From positions 3,338 through 67,337 of the forward strand of contig JAGQKV010000008.1 of assembly GCA_020429915.1 (NCBI GenBank): a DNA stretch of 64,000 nt, in the 5' to 3' direction. The notes beneath the pieces are model-generated. The model did no database searches, was not told where the DNA came from, and was given only the letters and a program-made list of their open reading frames with translations. The stretch is from Candidatus Omnitrophota bacterium. Lineage in GTDB: Bacteria > Omnitrophota > Gorgyraeia > Zapsychrales > Zapsychraceae. Below are positions 46,407 to 56,011 of the stretch, in pieces (within the stretch, counting starts at the first letter, position 1; every line of letters starts with the position of its first letter). Made by a program: the position numbers and the translations under genes.

Positions 46407-47801
46407 ATGGCGGAGAGACTTGTTGTCAAAGCCCCCTATGATCAGGCGGCGATAAAAGAATTTCCCTTGGATGATTGGGCGGCGATCGAAGGGAAACTGC
46501 AAACGGCTGCTCTGCTGGCGGCTGACAGGAGGAAGGCCTTGCCCGTGCCGGACCGGATCGCCATTTTGGAACGGTGCGCCGACATCGTGCAGGAACGCAG
46601 TGAGCAATTCGCCTTCGAGGCGGCCCGGGAAGGCGGGAAGCCCCTGGTGGATTCGCGGGTCGAGCTGGTGCGGGCCGTCAACGGGATCCGCGAAGCGGCG
46701 CGCAGTATCGGGCAGTTGACCGGTGAGCAGATTCCGATGAAGCTCAACGCCGCATCCCAAAACCGGATGGCTTTTACTTTTCGGGAGCCGATCGGGGTGG
46801 TGGTCGCCATCAGCGCGTTTAATCATCCGTTTAATCTGATCGTTCACCAAGTGGTTCCCGCGGTGGCCGTCGGTGCGCCGGTCATTGTCAAACCGGCGGG
46901 TGCCACGCCGATTTCATGTATCAATCTGCTTGAATGTCTGTACGAAGCAGGGCTGCCCCGGGAATGGGCGCAATTGACGCTGTGTCCGATTCCACTCGCT
47001 GAGAAGCTGGTGACGGACGTTCGGGTCGCGTTTATGAGCTTTATCGGTTCAGGTCGGGTCGGATGGATGTTGCGGTCCAAATTACATCCGGGCGCGCGCT
47101 GCGCGCTGGAACACGGCGGCGCCGCACCGGTGATCGTCGAACCGGATGCCGACATCGAGGATATGCTCCCGCTACTGGCCAAGGGAGGGATGTATCATGC
47201 TGGTCAGGTGTGCGTCAGTGTCCAACGGGTTTTCGTCCACCGGAATATCCTGGAATCAGTACGCGACGGTCTGGTCAGGCTGGCGGAACGGTTTGTGGTC
47301 GGAGATCCCACGGACGAAAAGACGGATATCGGGCCGTTGATCCGTGAGGCCGAAGTCGACCGGGTGGATCAATGGGTCCGGGAAGCGGTAGACGGGGGAG
47401 CGAAGGTGCTGACGGGCGGCAAGAAGCTGTCCGGCAGTTGCTATGCGCCGACCGTCCTTTTGGACCCTCCGGCGGATGCGAAGGTGTCGCGGGAAGAGAT
47501 TTTCGGACCGGTAATCTGTCTGTATACTTATACTGAACTGGACGACGCCATTCGGCGCGCCAATGACGTGCCGTTTTCTTTCCAGTCGGCGGTATTCACC
47601 AAGAATATTGATACGGCTTTCGACGTAGTCAACCGTCTGGAGGCGCTGGTAGTCCTGATCAACGATCATACGGCCTTTCGGGTGGACTGGATGCCGTTCG
47701 GGGGGCGCAAGCAGTCGGGGCTCGGGATCGGCGGCATTCTCCCGACCATGCGGGAGATGACGGAGGAAAAAATGTTCGTTTTGCGTTCCCCGCGGCTTTA
47801 G
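46407..47801 (+). CDS. aldehyde dehydrogenase family protein
   Basis: ALDH catalytic region EHGGAAPVIV...GQVCVSVQRV (catalytic Cys). Confidence 0.75.
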   Translation: MAERLVVKAPYDQAAIKEFPLDDWAAIEGKLQTAALLAADRRKALPVPDRIAILERCADIVQERSEQFAFEAAREGGKPLVDSRVELVRAVNGIREAARSIGQLTGEQIPMKLNAASQNRMAFTFREPIGVVVAISAFNHPFNLIVHQVVPAVAVGAPVIVKPAGATPISCINLLECLYEAGLPREWAQLTLCPIPLAEKLVTDVRVAFMSFIGSGRVGWMLRSKLHPGARCALEHGGAAPVIVEPDADIEDMLPLLAKGGMYHAGQVCVSVQRVFVHRNILESVRDGLVRLAERFVVGDPTDEKTDIGPLIREAEVDRVDQWVREAVDGGAKVLTGGKKLSGSCYAPTVLLDPPADAKVSREEIFGPVICLYTYTELDDAIRRANDVPFSFQSAVFTKNIDTAFDVVNRLEALVVLINDHTAFRVDWMPFGGRKQSGLGIGGILPTMREMTEEKMFVLRSPRL

Positions 47802-47916
47802 GTTCGTAAGTCGCTAATATATAATAAATTAGAGGATTATCCTGATTCGGACTTAACGGAACTTTTGGGCTAGCTCCTTTGTCTAACGGGCGAATCGATT
47901 AACAAAGGAGACCATC

Positions 47917-48528
47917 ATGAGACTGACCCGTATCATTACCGCTTTGATCATTCCGACCGCCATCGGCGTCGGATTTGCTCCGGCCCCCGCGGAAGCCAGC
48001 TTTTCCATTTCCTACTCATCAGGGGGGGATTGGGCCTATTATGGGCACAAGCACCGCAGACGGTATGCCGATAAACGCCCCCGGTACTCGGGTTATTATC
48101 GGAATAAAGGATATGGTTTTCCCCGCTACGCCCGTCCTTACGCCTACCGCAACTATCCCTATTATTCGACTTCGTATCGGCGCGTTTATGATTTGCCGCG
48201 CACGGCCAAATTCGTATGGATCGACGGTTACAAGTATTACACGTATGGCGGTAATTATTACCGGAGAAGTGACTGCGGCACTTACTACATTGTCGTGGAT
48301 AATCCGCATACCTATCGAGAGCCTCCTCAGGATGAAATTACTCACTACTATGAGGACACCGTATACGAGAGTAATCAGAAAGAATTTGTCGTCCATGTCC
48401 GTGGTAAGGACGGCAAGCTGGTCACGGTCCGTTTAACCAAGGAAGATGACGGTTATGTGGGGCCGCAAGGGGAGTTCTATCCTGAATTTCCGAAAGTTGC
48501 GCAATTGCGGGAAATGTATGCGGATTAA
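47917..48528 (+). CDS. secreted Tyr/Arg-rich hypothetical protein
   Basis: Signal peptide. Low-complexity Y/R/G-rich segment (YYRNKGYGFPRYARPYAYRNYPYY). Confidence 0.5.
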   Translation: MRLTRIITALIIPTAIGVGFAPAPAEASFSISYSSGGDWAYYGHKHRRRYADKRPRYSGYYRNKGYGFPRYARPYAYRNYPYYSTSYRRVYDLPRTAKFVWIDGYKYYTYGGNYYRRSDCGTYYIVVDNPHTYREPPQDEITHYYEDTVYESNQKEFVVHVRGKDGKLVTVRLTKEDDGYVGPQGEFYPEFPKVAQLREMYAD

Positions 48529-48578
48529 AGAATCTTCTTCGGGGGAATTAGCAACGACAGCTTGCTCTTAGACAGCTT

Positions 48579-49139
48579 ATGCAGGAAATAGAACGCGAAA
48601 TATTGGAACGAGCCGCAGCCGGCGATGTGAATGCCTTTGAAGAGGTTTATAAGGCCTACAGCCGATTTGTGTACAATGTGGCCCTGCGCATGTGCCGGAA
48701 TAACGAGATAGCCCAGGATGTGACCCAAGATGTCTTTATTACGGTATATGACAAATTTGACAAGTTCCGGTTTGAGTCATCATTTAAGACTTGGGTGTAC
48801 CGGATTACCGTTAATACCTCAATCAACACCTTGAAAAAGGGAAGTAAAATGCGGGACAAAAGTGTCAGCTTTGATGATCAATATGATTACGGACAAGCGG
48901 CCGACAGCATGCCGGAGAAGATCCAGCGTGAAGAACAGGCTGCCTTGATCGATCGTTTGTTAGGGTACTTGAACACGGATCAACGAACCTGTATGGTTCT
49001 GCGGAATATCGAAGGACTGAGTTATGAGGAGATTGCCGAGGCTTTAAAAATCCCGATCAATACCGTCCGCAGCCGGTTGAAACGAGCGCGTGAGAAACTA
49101 CTGCAAATTCGAAATGAGGTGATTCCCAATGAAGTGTGA
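48579..49139 (+). CDS. ECF-type RNA polymerase sigma-70 factor
   Basis: Sigma region 2 (FEEVYKAYSRFVYNVALRMCRN...DVFI) and region 4 HTH (LSYEEIAEALKIPINTVRSRLKRAR). Confidence 0.75.
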   Translation: MQEIEREILERAAAGDVNAFEEVYKAYSRFVYNVALRMCRNNEIAQDVTQDVFITVYDKFDKFRFESSFKTWVYRITVNTSINTLKKGSKMRDKSVSFDDQYDYGQAADSMPEKIQREEQAALIDRLLGYLNTDQRTCMVLRNIEGLSYEEIAEALKIPINTVRSRLKRAREKLLQIRNEVIPNEV

Positions 49140-49671
49140 AAAGGTTAAAGAGCTCGTGTTGACAGACTACGTGGATGGACAGCTTGAGATGGCTGAAAAG
49201 GCCCGGTTGGAAGAGCATTTGAAGACCTGTGCCGGCTGTCATGAGTTTGCCCAATCCGTCGAGAAAGAATTGGTGGCACCGTTTGCCGGTTTGGAAAGAC
49301 CCGAGGTTCCGCCGGTCGTTTGGCAGAATATCCGAACGGCCATCGTCCCCGAGGAGGAACCCAAACAAGCCTGGACGGCAGTCATCCGATTCTTGGAATA
49401 TCTGAAATCCTTGCGCCCCGCGTTGTTGATATTGGCGGGGGTAGTTTTTGTCTTTATGTTGTCGACACTCTTCACTAAACCGGCCGGGACCCCGGAACAG
49501 ATCGCCCAGCCGCCGGTGGTTCAACAGCAGTTGGCGGTGCAGGAGAGCCCGTCGTCCACGGATGAACTAACGGTCGAAACGTACCTTGCGTCTCTAGACG
49601 ATGATTACGACGATGTGTACGACTTGGCGGAGAACGGGTACGGAACGGCCATTGAAGAGTATTTTCTATGA
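49129..49671 (+). CDS. anti-sigma factor (zinc-finger type) cognate to the ECF sigma
   Basis: Overlaps the sigma stop. N-terminal HxxxCxxC-like motif (HLKTCAGCHEF). Central TM. Confidence 0.55.
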   Translation: MKCEKVKELVLTDYVDGQLEMAEKARLEEHLKTCAGCHEFAQSVEKELVAPFAGLERPEVPPVVWQNIRTAIVPEEEPKQAWTAVIRFLEYLKSLRPALLILAGVVFVFMLSTLFTKPAGTPEQIAQPPVVQQQLAVQESPSSTDELTVETYLASLDDDYDDVYDLAENGYGTAIEEYFL

Positions 49672-49750
49672 GGGAACTTTACTAAGGCCGCGTTGTCTAA
49701 ATCTCGGATGGCAGGGAGATTTCAATAATCAGGAGTCAAGGAGACCAATT

Positions 49751-50305
49751 ATGAACAGGAAGCACAAAAACCAATGGATATGGGCGCTGGCAGGAGTGCT
49801 CATACTGATTCACACGGTACCAGCGGTGGCTCAAGATGACACGGCACGCGAAGACCGCCGGGCCCGTTTCAAGGCCCGCATGGAAGAAAAGATTGAGCAG
49901 ATGCATGCAGAGCTTGGTCTGAGTCAGGAACAGCAAGAAAAGCTCAAGACGCACCGTGACGCCAAGATGGAGAAGCGCCAAGCCTTTCGCGAGAACATGC
50001 GGAACAAACGCCGCGCACTCCGCGAGGAACTGCAGAAACCCGATTTTGACCGCCAGCGCGTTAAGAGCTTGCATGAGGACATCAAGAAGTTGATGAATGA
50101 AAGTGCCGATCAGCGCCTGGAGGACATCATGTACGTCCGGGAAATCCTGACACCGCAACAGTACAAGGCTTTCATGGAAAAGAAAGAGGAGTTTAAGAGG
50201 CGGCACGGATCCTGGCGTGAGAAAGGATCACACGGCGATTCCCCGAAGGGATTCGGAGGGCCGCCTCCCGATCCGGAATTCGATATGCCTCCTGAAGACA
50301 GATAG
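49751..50305 (+). CDS. periplasmic Spy/CpxP (LTXXQ) family stress protein
   Basis: ATG at 49751 with AGGAG RBS. Signal peptide. Helical charged repeats with an LTPQQ motif. Confidence 0.6.
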   Translation: MNRKHKNQWIWALAGVLILIHTVPAVAQDDTAREDRRARFKARMEEKIEQMHAELGLSQEQQEKLKTHRDAKMEKRQAFRENMRNKRRALREELQKPDFDRQRVKSLHEDIKKLMNESADQRLEDIMYVREILTPQQYKAFMEKKEEFKRRHGSWREKGSHGDSPKGFGGPPPDPEFDMPPEDR

Positions 50306-50335
50306 TTGTCAGGCAGGATAAAACTGAAACGAAAG

Positions 50336-50368
50336 GGACGGGTGAACGTCACGCCCGTCCTTTTTTGT
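50336..50368 (+). terminator. rho-independent terminator
   Basis: GGACGGG - loop - CCCGTCC stem followed by TTTTTTGTTT. Read directly. Confidence 0.6.
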
Positions 50369-50422
50369 TTCCCGGAGGTTATCATGTTCAAAGGCCTATT
50401 TTGTTGTTAAAATAATTTCGCT

Positions 50423-50815
50423 ATGTCCCAGGTCACATCCATTCTATGCCAATTTTTGGGGGTAATCAGTTTCCAGATCTTCTGCCAATTGCCGTTCGAA
50501 TGGATATATTTTCCAAAAGGGGAAGAAAGGCGGTTGAAAACTGAGCAACGGGAGATGCTGATTTTTCTGTTTTGTGTCCTGCTTGGCGTTTGCGTGGGTT
50601 CGCTTACGCTTTTGATTCTGAAGTACCCGATTATCCAAGGCCGGGCTCTGAATTTCCTGAATTTATTCCTGACACCCTTTGTCGTCGGCAGGTCCATCAA
50701 CTGGCTCCACAATCGCCGGCCTTCCGTACGCGAAGCGTATTATCTTTTCGAGAACGTATGGAATGCCTACATATTTGCCTTTTGCATTACTGCCATGCGC
50801 TATATACTCATATAA
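50423..50815 (+). CDS. hypothetical membrane protein
   Basis: 130 aa with four transmembrane helices. Confidence 0.4.
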   Translation: MSQVTSILCQFLGVISFQIFCQLPFEWIYFPKGEERRLKTEQREMLIFLFCVLLGVCVGSLTLLILKYPIIQGRALNFLNLFLTPFVVGRSINWLHNRRPSVREAYYLFENVWNAYIFAFCITAMRYILI

Positions 50816-50818
50816 GTT

Positions 50819-51313
50819 ATGGACGAAAATCTGACACCTACTGAAATATTCTATAAAATGCGCAATCAGGCCCTGAACCTGGAGCCTGAGGATATCGGAG
50901 TCCATCCCTCCAAGGACCTTAAGCACGTTTATGGTATTCTCATGGAAATCGGCCATCCCGATGGGGTCGTGACCCTGATTGTGTTGGCCGATGGCACGGT
51001 CAGTCTCTATTACGAAAACGGCGGCGGCCTGATCGGGGCGGGGGGGGAAGCTGAGGTGCATAAAGCGGCGGAAGAGTTTCTGAAAGTGGTCGAAGGACAT
51101 CACCGGCATTTTCAGGAGGCGCACGTGGGCAAGCTTCCGGAAGACGGGCAGGTCTTGTTTTATGTGTTGACTTACCGCCGGGGGATTCTGACCGGAGAAG
51201 CCAGTGAAACCAAGCTGGGAGACAAGACTCACGGCCTGACCGAGGTTTTCTTCGCCGGACATAATGTCATCAGCGAATTGCGAAAGATCGAAGAGTTTCG
51301 CGAGGCCGAATGA
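50819..51313 (+). CDS. hypothetical protein
   Basis: 164-aa ORF. Stop overlaps the next start (ATGATGG). Confidence 0.45.
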   Translation: MDENLTPTEIFYKMRNQALNLEPEDIGVHPSKDLKHVYGILMEIGHPDGVVTLIVLADGTVSLYYENGGGLIGAGGEAEVHKAAEEFLKVVEGHHRHFQEAHVGKLPEDGQVLFYVLTYRRGILTGEASETKLGDKTHGLTEVFFAGHNVISELRKIEEFREAE

Positions 51314-51999
51314 TGGCGGCCCCTAAGGTCCGCATCCTGATTCCTCCGTCCGAAGGCAAGCAACCGGGGGGAGACCGCCCGTCGTTGAAAGATTGGCCGG
51401 AAGGATCCGAGGAAATGCTCACGCGGCTGGCTAAAGTCAAATCCGCGGAATGGGAAAAACTCCTCGGTGTGAAAGGCAAGGCCCTCGCTCAGGCGGTGGC
51501 CGCCAATCGCAAAATTCGCACCGCCCCGACCCTGCCGGCAATCGAACGTTATTCCGGAGTGGTCTACGCCGCGCTGGATTATCCAAGCCTAAAAGAAAGC
51601 GAGCAGGACTTTCTTAACCGGCACATCCGTATCGTCTCCGCCGTCTTTGGCCTGGTTCGTCCGGACCAGTTGATTCCCGACTACAAATTGAAAATCGATA
51701 AGCTGGGCGCTGATAAGCTCTGGTCCGTCCGGACCGCAGCCGAACTGGAAAAAATGTATGTGATCGATCTGCTTCCGAAAGCGCACCGCAAGGCGGTGGC
51801 TTATTCGTCGGGATGCGCACCGGAATTTCTCTTTGTCAAAGACGGAAAACCCAAGCCGGCGGGGCACAGCGGCAAACACATTAAAGGCCGTTTTATTCGG
51901 TTTCTGGCCCAGCAACAGATTGCCGATCCATCCGAATTTCACAAATTCCGTGAAGACGGTTTCCGTTTTGTCGACGGTTATTTCGTCAAGAATATATAA
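51310..51999 (+). CDS. yaaA: YaaA/DUF328 family peroxide-stress protein
   Basis: Collinear with E. coli YaaA (IERYSGVVYAAL; IVSAVFGLVRPDQLIPDYKLKI). Confidence 0.65.
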   Translation: MMAAPKVRILIPPSEGKQPGGDRPSLKDWPEGSEEMLTRLAKVKSAEWEKLLGVKGKALAQAVAANRKIRTAPTLPAIERYSGVVYAALDYPSLKESEQDFLNRHIRIVSAVFGLVRPDQLIPDYKLKIDKLGADKLWSVRTAAELEKMYVIDLLPKAHRKAVAYSSGCAPEFLFVKDGKPKPAGHSGKHIKGRFIRFLAQQQIADPSEFHKFREDGFRFVDGYFVKNI

Positions 52000-52018
52000 A
52001 TCCCCCGCTTGCCCGCTC

Positions 52019-53101
52019 ATGAATATCAAACGATTGGTGTTGCGTATTGCCATTGTCATTGCCATTGCGGGCAGTTACGCATTCTATCTCCGATGGCAGA
52101 TGCGCCCGCGTATACGGGAAGTGGTTCGTCTCTATGACAAGGATCGAAAATTATTGGTCCGGCGATTTATGCGATACGGTAATCACGGAGAATTCAGTCT
52201 GCATTATGCCCCATCGGGCGAGCTGGTCACCGGAGACTGCGTGGATTTCCTGATCCGCGCCGACATTGCTCTGCAGGGGACCTGTCAGGAAGGTAAGTTC
52301 GAAGGTCCCATCCGCGGATATGATCATCTAAACCGTATCGCTCTGGAGGGCACATACCGCGACGGTCTCAAGCATGGTGAATTCAGGAGTTATCGTGACG
52401 GTCGCTTGAACCGCATCCAAAATTTTGACACGGGACAGCTGTCCGGGCGGCAGGAGGACTACTACGCCAACGGAAGCATCAACTGCACGGCCACATACGA
52501 GCATCATCGCCGCAGCGGGGTTTATAAATGCTTTTATCCGGACGGCACGCCGAGGCTAGAGGACTACTTCAGCAACGGTCGTCGGAACGGCTTGCACCGG
52601 CGCTGGGATCCCGACGGGAATCTGGTTTGGGAGATGCCATTTGAAAACGGCCGTGAGGTTTTGCACAGTGAAGTTTACCGGGTCCGCTCGGTCATCAGCG
52701 GCGACACCATCTTGTTGGATAATGACCGCCGGGTTACGTTGCGCGGGATTCGGGAAATTCCCGGCACGACTGCCGATAATAAATCAAAGCCGCGGGAGGT
52801 CCTCAAAGGAGTTCTGCGGGAGGGCAGCCGTTTCGCGGACGTCCGGCTGGAATTCTTGGAACCGCCTGCCGGTGACGGAGATTGGGAGGCCTATGTTTTC
52901 GTGGATACCGGATATACACTAGATCAACTGAAAAAGTTGGAAAACTTTGAGGCCCCGGACGACGGGTACTATGATTTCTATCCGGTACGGCTCAGTCAAT
53001 TCATCAATGCCACGTTGCTTAAGAAAGGCGTCGTCCGCATTGCCGACATGTCGGCAGATGATCGCTACTATAATCTGTTCCGGTCACTGGAGCGCAAGTG
53101 A
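52019..53101 (+). CDS. MORN/YwqK-like repeat protein with C-terminal SNase (thermonuclease-like) domain, membrane anchored
   Basis: Start MNIKRLVLRIAIVIAIAG (TM). Repeated G-[EK]-x-x-x-Y-x-x-G MORN-like units. C-terminus VYRVRSVISGDTILLDNDRRVTLRGI is SNase-like. Confidence 0.5.
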   Translation: MNIKRLVLRIAIVIAIAGSYAFYLRWQMRPRIREVVRLYDKDRKLLVRRFMRYGNHGEFSLHYAPSGELVTGDCVDFLIRADIALQGTCQEGKFEGPIRGYDHLNRIALEGTYRDGLKHGEFRSYRDGRLNRIQNFDTGQLSGRQEDYYANGSINCTATYEHHRRSGVYKCFYPDGTPRLEDYFSNGRRNGLHRRWDPDGNLVWEMPFENGREVLHSEVYRVRSVISGDTILLDNDRRVTLRGIREIPGTTADNKSKPREVLKGVLREGSRFADVRLEFLEPPAGDGDWEAYVFVDTGYTLDQLKKLENFEAPDDGYYDFYPVRLSQFINATLLKKGVVRIADMSADDRYYNLFRSLERK

Positions 53102-53111
53102 TCCCGGCATC

Positions 53112-53552
53112 CTACCAGCTTCCGGTATTTCCCATGGAAGCCCACGGTTCCTGCGGTGGTAGGGCATCACCCTGTTGCAGCAATTCGATCGAAATGCCAT
53201 CGGGAGATTTGATGAAGGCCATGTGCCCGTCACGCGGCGGCCGGTTGATCGTCACCCCCGCGTCTTTCAGTTTCTGACAGGTTTCGTAAATATTCTCTAC
53301 GCGATAGGCCAGATGGCCGAAGTTCCGCCCGCCGCTGTAAACTTCCGGGTCCCAGTTATAGGTCAATTCCAACAACGGCGCCTTGTCCTGCTTGGCGCGA
53401 TCAAGATCCCCCGGCGCGGCGAGAAAGATCAGCGTGAATCGCCCTTTTTCGGATTCGTAGCGGCGGGTTTCGACGAGCCCGAGTTTTCCGCAGTAAAAGG
53501 CGAGTGAGTCTTCGATATCGGCAATACGGACCATCGTATGCAGGTATTGCAT
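53112..53552 (-). CDS. gloA: lactoylglutathione lyase (glyoxalase I)
   Basis: [27 protein letters not shown]-terminus typical of GloA. VOC fold. Confidence 0.7.
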   Translation of the reverse strand: MQYLHTMVRIADIEDSLAFYCGKLGLVETRRYESEKGRFTLIFLAAPGDLDRAKQDKAPLLELTYNWDPEVYSGGRNFGHLAYRVENIYETCQKLKDAGVTINRPPRDGHMAFIKSPDGISIELLQQGDALPPQEPWASMGNTGSW

Positions 53553-53691
53553 GTCATTCCTCCTGTTTGGCGGTTATCGCGAAGCCTCACTATAGCATAA
53601 ATCCCGTGGACGCGAAAATTTGCACCACGACCGTTGTTTTAGTACAATACAAATCCCCCCACCGTGATCCCCTCCCAAGAAAGGATTTCGA

Positions 53692-54396
53692 ATGAAGAAA
53701 GAAGGTATGTATTCCACGGCCATTGATCAGTGGCCGCGCGAAGACCGTCCCCGGGAGAAACTGGTGCGCTACGGGGAGCGGGCTTTGAGCAACTCCGAAC
53801 TGCTGGCCATCCTGATCGGCAGCGGCGTACGCGGCTGCAACGCGGTTGACCTGGCCCGGGAGATCCTCGCCGCGTTCAAGACATTCCGCCGGATGGGAGA
53901 CAGTGAGGCGGGGGAATGGCAGCGATTCCACGGTTTGGGGCCGGCCAAGACCGCGCAAATCAGGGCGGCGCTCGAGATCGGCCGCCGTTTCCGTGAGGAT
54001 GAGCGACGCGCCCGGGGCGCCAAGATTCGGTCCTCCGCGGACGCGGTAGCGGTCCTGATGCCCCAGATGCGGGACCTGCCCAAGGAAATATTTAAGACGA
54101 TCTATCTGAACGCTTCCCACCATGTTTTGCAGATTGTGGATGAGGCCCGCGGGACGGTCAACTACACCACCCCGATTGTTCGGGAAATATTTCATAAAGC
54201 CTTGCAAGTACATGCAGTCTCGGTCATCTGTGCGCATAATCATCCGTCCGGGGACACTGCACCCAGCCGGGAAGACCGGGAATTCACCCGGCGGTTGGCG
54301 GAGGCCGGCCGGATTATGCAGATCAAGGTCCTCGATCACGTGATTATCGGCGATAATACCTATTTCAGTTTTGCCGATGAGGGATATTTGACGTAG
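53692..54396 (+). CDS. radC: RadC-like JAB domain protein
   Basis: HhH N-terminal region. JAMM motif HNHPSGDTAPSREDREFT. Confidence 0.8.
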   Translation: MKKEGMYSTAIDQWPREDRPREKLVRYGERALSNSELLAILIGSGVRGCNAVDLAREILAAFKTFRRMGDSEAGEWQRFHGLGPAKTAQIRAALEIGRRFREDERRARGAKIRSSADAVAVLMPQMRDLPKEIFKTIYLNASHHVLQIVDEARGTVNYTTPIVREIFHKALQVHAVSVICAHNHPSGDTAPSREDREFTRRLAEAGRIMQIKVLDHVIIGDNTYFSFADEGYLT

Positions 54397-54451
54397 CCGT
54401 AAAAGGTGATATGATAACAATTTAAAGATTAACCGCAAGGGAGGGAAAGTC

Positions 54452-55075
54452 ATGACACGGAGCGGAATGCGGCTGTTGGCCGGGATGGCCCTGACAGTAA
54501 TGTTGGCGGCATGTGGGCAACAATCCGGCGAGAAATACAGCAAGAGCCTGTTGATCGATTCATATGACCGGCCGCTCGGCAGCCGGCAAGTCGATTTCGG
54601 TTCATCCAGCGGTACCCGGATCGAGGTCGCCGGATACCTGGGCGCGAAAAAATGCGGGACCAAATCGCTGCGGATCAAATATAATCTATTGGAAGGCGGC
54701 TATATGTACTGCGCGCGTGGATATCGGCTGGATGCCCCGGGCGCTCTCTGGGACGGACCCCATCCTGAGAAGATCGACTGGAGCGCATACAGCGGGTTCA
54801 GCGTACAGGTTTACGGTTCGCGGCGCGGGCCGATTGCTTTTGACGTTAAGGACAATGACGGCGAACTGCACCGTTTTCTGATAGACGACAACTTTAACGG
54901 CTGGAAAGAAATCTATATTCCGTTCAGCAGCTTGGTATCACGCACGGACTGGCAACCGCAAAACATCACGGTCAACAAGGTCATAGATTTTCCCATCTGG
55001 TCCTATCAATACGAGCCGAAGAATCCGGGAGAGGGGCAGGTTTACTTTGATTGCCTGCAGCTGGTCAAGGAGTAA
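54452..55075 (+). CDS. hypothetical lipoprotein
   Basis: Signal peptide plus lipobox (LAACGQ). Confidence 0.5.
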   Translation: MTRSGMRLLAGMALTVMLAACGQQSGEKYSKSLLIDSYDRPLGSRQVDFGSSSGTRIEVAGYLGAKKCGTKSLRIKYNLLEGGYMYCARGYRLDAPGALWDGPHPEKIDWSAYSGFSVQVYGSRRGPIAFDVKDNDGELHRFLIDDNFNGWKEIYIPFSSLVSRTDWQPQNITVNKVIDFPIWSYQYEPKNPGEGQVYFDCLQLVKE

Positions 55076-55107
55076 TTAACGTCAACGGCGGCACAAGGAC
55101 CGGAATA

Positions 55108-55476
55108 ATGAATGTCATACGAAAAATCCTGGGCGCAATCATCCTTTTCGTCGACGGATTGACACGCCCCCGACAGATGCAGCGGACCGATGAGGAACGC
55201 GTCAAACTTGACGAACAGACACGGAAAATGCAGATTTTTGAATTCCGCACTTGTCCGTTCTGCGTCAAAGTCCGGCGCAACATTCACCGGTTGAATATCA
55301 ACATCCCGCTACGTGATGCCCGCAACGATCCGGATGCGGCCCGTGAATTAATCGAGGGCGGCGGCAAACGGCAGGTCCCGTGCCTGCGGATCGAAGAGGA
55401 CGGCCTGGTGAGCTGGATGTATGAATCAAACGATATCAACGCGTTCCTCAACGAACGGTTTGAGAACGTCACATGA
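55108..55476 (+). CDS. glutaredoxin-family protein
   Basis: RBS AAGGA 8 nt before the ATG. CPFC active site. Glutaredoxin-like fold signature (QVPCLRI). Confidence 0.55.
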   Translation: MNVIRKILGAIILFVDGLTRPRQMQRTDEERVKLDEQTRKMQIFEFRTCPFCVKVRRNIHRLNINIPLRDARNDPDAARELIEGGGKRQVPCLRIEEDGLVSWMYESNDINAFLNERFENVT

Positions 55477-55499
55477 ACAGTATGCCACGGAGGACAACC

Positions 55500-55889
55500 A
55501 TGAAACGACTGATCACCATCGGATTGATTGTAGCGGCGGTTCAAGCGGCCGGCACGACAGAGGCGGCCAGTATGAAAGACAAATACGTAGCCAATTGCGT
55601 CAAGTTTTCCAAGCGGGTTAACCGGCAGATGCGGGCGGACGACAAGCGTCAGAAGCAGGCTTGCGACTGCATCTGTGAAAAAGTCCAGTCCCTCGGCGCC
55701 GACGACCAAGCTCTTAAAACGATCATGGAGTATACCCGCGAATACGATTTTACCGTGATACCCAAACAGCCCACGTTTCAACAGATTCTGCAGGCCCATG
55801 TCGATGTTCATCGCGATATCATCAAGACCCAGGCCGATCTGGAGGAGTTTGTCAAAGGGATGATGAGCTGTTCGTTCGAGGCCGATTAA
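55500..55889 (+). CDS. hypothetical secreted Cys-containing protein
   Basis: GGAGGA RBS 5 nt before the ATG. Signal peptide MKRLITIGLIVAAVQAAG. Confidence 0.5.
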   Translation: MKRLITIGLIVAAVQAAGTTEAASMKDKYVANCVKFSKRVNRQMRADDKRQKQACDCICEKVQSLGADDQALKTIMEYTREYDFTVIPKQPTFQQILQAHVDVHRDIIKTQADLEEFVKGMMSCSFEAD

Positions 55890-56011
55890 TTCCTCGTTGG
55901 CCGGAATCCGTACCGCAACCATCACGATCTGTTAACAATTAAGGCCCATGCATTTCCCGCGGACTCTCGGGAAATTGACGGCGAAGTGTTTCATCAGAAA
56001 AGAGGTGCGCC

